Below, in pieces: positions 62,163-64,000 of a DNA stretch of 64,000 nucleotides. The notes under the pieces were generated by a model. It saw nothing but the letters and a program-made list of their open reading frames with translations, did not search any database and was not told where the DNA came from. Position 1 is the first letter of the stretch, and each line of letters opens with the position of its first letter. A program made the position numbers and the translations under genes. Location: assembly GCA_965198945.1 (NCBI GenBank), contig CBDAQI010000010.1:33533-97532 (forward strand), in the 5' to 3' direction. This DNA is from Thermodesulfobacteriota bacterium (GTDB lineage Bacteria; Desulfobacterota_D; UBA1144; Nemesobacterales; Mycalebacteriaceae).

Positions 62163-63008
62163 CTAAAATTCCTCCAGGGCTTTTTTCATCACTTCAATCG
62201 GCGCTTCCCTGTCCGTCCAAATCTCAAAAGATTTTACACCCTGATAAAGAAGCATGCCGATTCCCGAATCAGCGTTTATTCCAAGCTCCCGCGCCTTTCT
62301 CACAAGCGGTGTCAGAGCGGGTTTGTAGACAAGGTCATAAACGCCGAATTTTCCGCCGAATTTTTCAAGCGGCAGGTCAAGCGGCGGATTCTCTCCCATT
62401 CCGGCCGATGAACAGTTTATGATTATATCAACCCCTCCCGTAAATTCTTCAATTTTACCGCCGCCCAGTCCGCAACTCTCAATTTCAATTTTAGGAAATT
62501 TTTCAGAAAATTCCCACACGAGTTTTTGCGCTTTCCCGGGCGTTCTGTTAGCGATAAAAATTCCCTTCGCTTTTCTCATGCAAAGTCCCGAAACAAGAGC
62601 CCTCGCCGAGCCGCCCGCGCCCGTGATGAGAGCGGATTTGCCCTGCGGCGTAAACCCCATTGCCACTTCAAGCGCTTTGAGGGCGCCTTCAATGTCGGTG
62701 TTGTATCCTGACAGATGTCCGTCATCATTTTTTACCGTGTTCACCGCACCCGCGAGTTCGGCCTCCGGAGAAAGAAAATCCATCTCAGGCATAATCGCCC
62801 GCTTGTGCGGAACGGTTACATTTACTCCGCGCAGGGGCAGAGAGCGCACCGCTTCAACCGCCTCCGCGATCTCATCGGGAGCAATGTCATATGGGTCATA
62901 GCGGCAGTTCATTCCAAGAGAGGCAAACGCCGCGTTGTGCATGTCGGGCGAGCGGCTCTGGCTCACCGGATGGCCGAATATGCCGAACAGTGTGGTCTCC
63001 TCGCTCAC
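62163..63008 (-). CDS. aroE: Shikimate dehydrogenase
   Basis: SRSPDMHN, NVTVPHK, GAVNT, GYNTD, GAGGSAR. Confidence 0.96.
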   Translation of the reverse strand: MSEETTLFGIFGHPVSQSRSPDMHNAAFASLGMNCRYDPYDIAPDEIAEAVEAVRSLPLRGVNVTVPHKRAIMPEMDFLSPEAELAGAVNTVKNDDGHLSGYNTDIEGALKALEVAMGFTPQGKSALITGAGGSARALVSGLCMRKAKGIFIANRTPGKAQKLVWEFSEKFPKIEIESCGLGGGKIEEFTGGVDIIINCSSAGMGENPPLDLPLEKFGGKFGVYDLVYKPALTPLVRKARELGINADSGIGMLLYQGVKSFEIWTDREAPIEVMKKALEEF

Positions 63009-63943
63009 GGTTGTTGCTCCGCGCCGTTTTTCTCAATAATTGAGCGGACACGCCCTATGTCTTTTCCTATCTGCTCTGAAAGCTCAGCCGCGGAGGCGAA
63101 TTTTTTTTCATCCCTGACCCTTTCCACAAACTCAATGTTCGTTTCCCGTCCGTAGAAATCACCCTTTATATCAATCAAATGGCTTTCAATCACCGTTTTA
63201 TCCCCCCCGAAAGTGGGCCTGATTCCGATGTTGGTTATGCTCCCGCACCGTCCCTCGCCGCTGACCTCCGTAAAGGTTGCGTAAACGCCGGGTTTGGGCA
63301 GAATTTCCCACTGTGTTTTGAGGTTTAGGGTCGGAAACCCTATTTCCCTGCCTCGTTTTTCACCCTCTTCCACAACACCCCTTATGTGGTAGCGGTATCC
63401 GAGAAATTCAGACGCCTCCGCCACCCGGCCTTCAAGAACCAATTCCCTTATCCGGCTGCTGCTGACCCTTTCGTATCCGACTCGCGCGGGCTCAAGAACA
63501 ACCGTCTCAAAACCGTATTTTACGCCCAGTTTTTTCAGCATATCAACATTGCCGCTTCTGTTTCTGCCAAACCCGAACCTCGGTCCCACAACCATGCTTT
63601 TCACTCCGGCTTTTTCCACCATGATTTCCCTTATGAAGCTTTCCGGAGACATGAGCGACAAACTTTTACAAAACTCAAGGCGCACCGCGATTTCAATGCC
63701 GCTTTTTTCAAGCAGTTTCAACCTTTCCTCAAAAGGCACGAGCAAATGGGCGGTTTTGCTCCTGAGAAATTTCTGCGGATGAGGGTCAAAAGTTATCACG
63801 CATGACTTTACCCCATATTGCCGCGCCTTGTCTTTGAGTGTGGCAATGATTTTCCCGTGTCCCAGGTGGACTCCGTCAAAATTGCCGAGCGCACAGGCGG
63901 TTCTCAACTCCGGTGTTGCGGAAAAGCCGTTAAAAAAATCCAA
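63005..63943 (-). CDS. ribF: Bifunctional riboflavin kinase / FAD synthetase
   Basis: GNFDGVHLGH, VSSSRIR, GFPTLN, NIGIRPT. Confidence 0.97.
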   Translation of the reverse strand: MDFFNGFSATPELRTACALGNFDGVHLGHGKIIATLKDKARQYGVKSCVITFDPHPQKFLRSKTAHLLVPFEERLKLLEKSGIEIAVRLEFCKSLSLMSPESFIREIMVEKAGVKSMVVGPRFGFGRNRSGNVDMLKKLGVKYGFETVVLEPARVGYERVSSSRIRELVLEGRVAEASEFLGYRYHIRGVVEEGEKRGREIGFPTLNLKTQWEILPKPGVYATFTEVSGEGRCGSITNIGIRPTFGGDKTVIESHLIDIKGDFYGRETNIEFVERVRDEKKFASAAELSEQIGKDIGRVRSIIEKNGAEQQP

Positions 63944-64000
63944 TTCTATTTTCTCCAGAAATCGGGAATGAAAAGCACAAGTATGGTATAAAGCTCAAGT

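Noticed and set aside
1-64000. tRNA, rRNA or cobalamin riboswitch
   Set aside because: No cloverleaf or riboswitch consensus recognised by eye; a tRNAscan/Rfam scan would be needed to exclude them.

Overview
Bacterial chromosomal window, possibly from a host-associated lineage (inferred only from gene content and gene decay; taxonomy not established). Core backbone: end of a cobalamin cluster (cbiJ-cbiD-chelatase-pduO), pyrE, rho, Rrf2-sufBCD-Rieske, cofD, smc, secA, thiolase/OB-fold/MaoC, jag-yidC-yidD-rnpA-rpmH, oadGAB, aroE, ribF. Accessory elements: (1) a divergent sigma-70 factor, then a cluster of dRS3/REP-like palindromes around a lipoprotein-subtilase-barrel gene with two lesions; (2) two divergently oriented paralogues of an 8-stranded outer-membrane barrel with a very large variable loop insertion; (3) two related IS1595-family elements that share a structured right-end segment but carry different cargo; (4) an AT-rich restriction-modification island; (5) an AT-rich three-gene operon, DUF4338/DruA-like + NurA-like nuclease + HerA-like ATPase. 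I do not recognise that last combination as a described system, and it is the best novel defence candidate here. Many genes carry single-base frameshifts; the dense all-insertion cluster at 8.3-11.3 kb may be an assembly artefact. No CRISPR array, rRNA or tRNA was found by eye. All family assignments are motif-based, with no database search.
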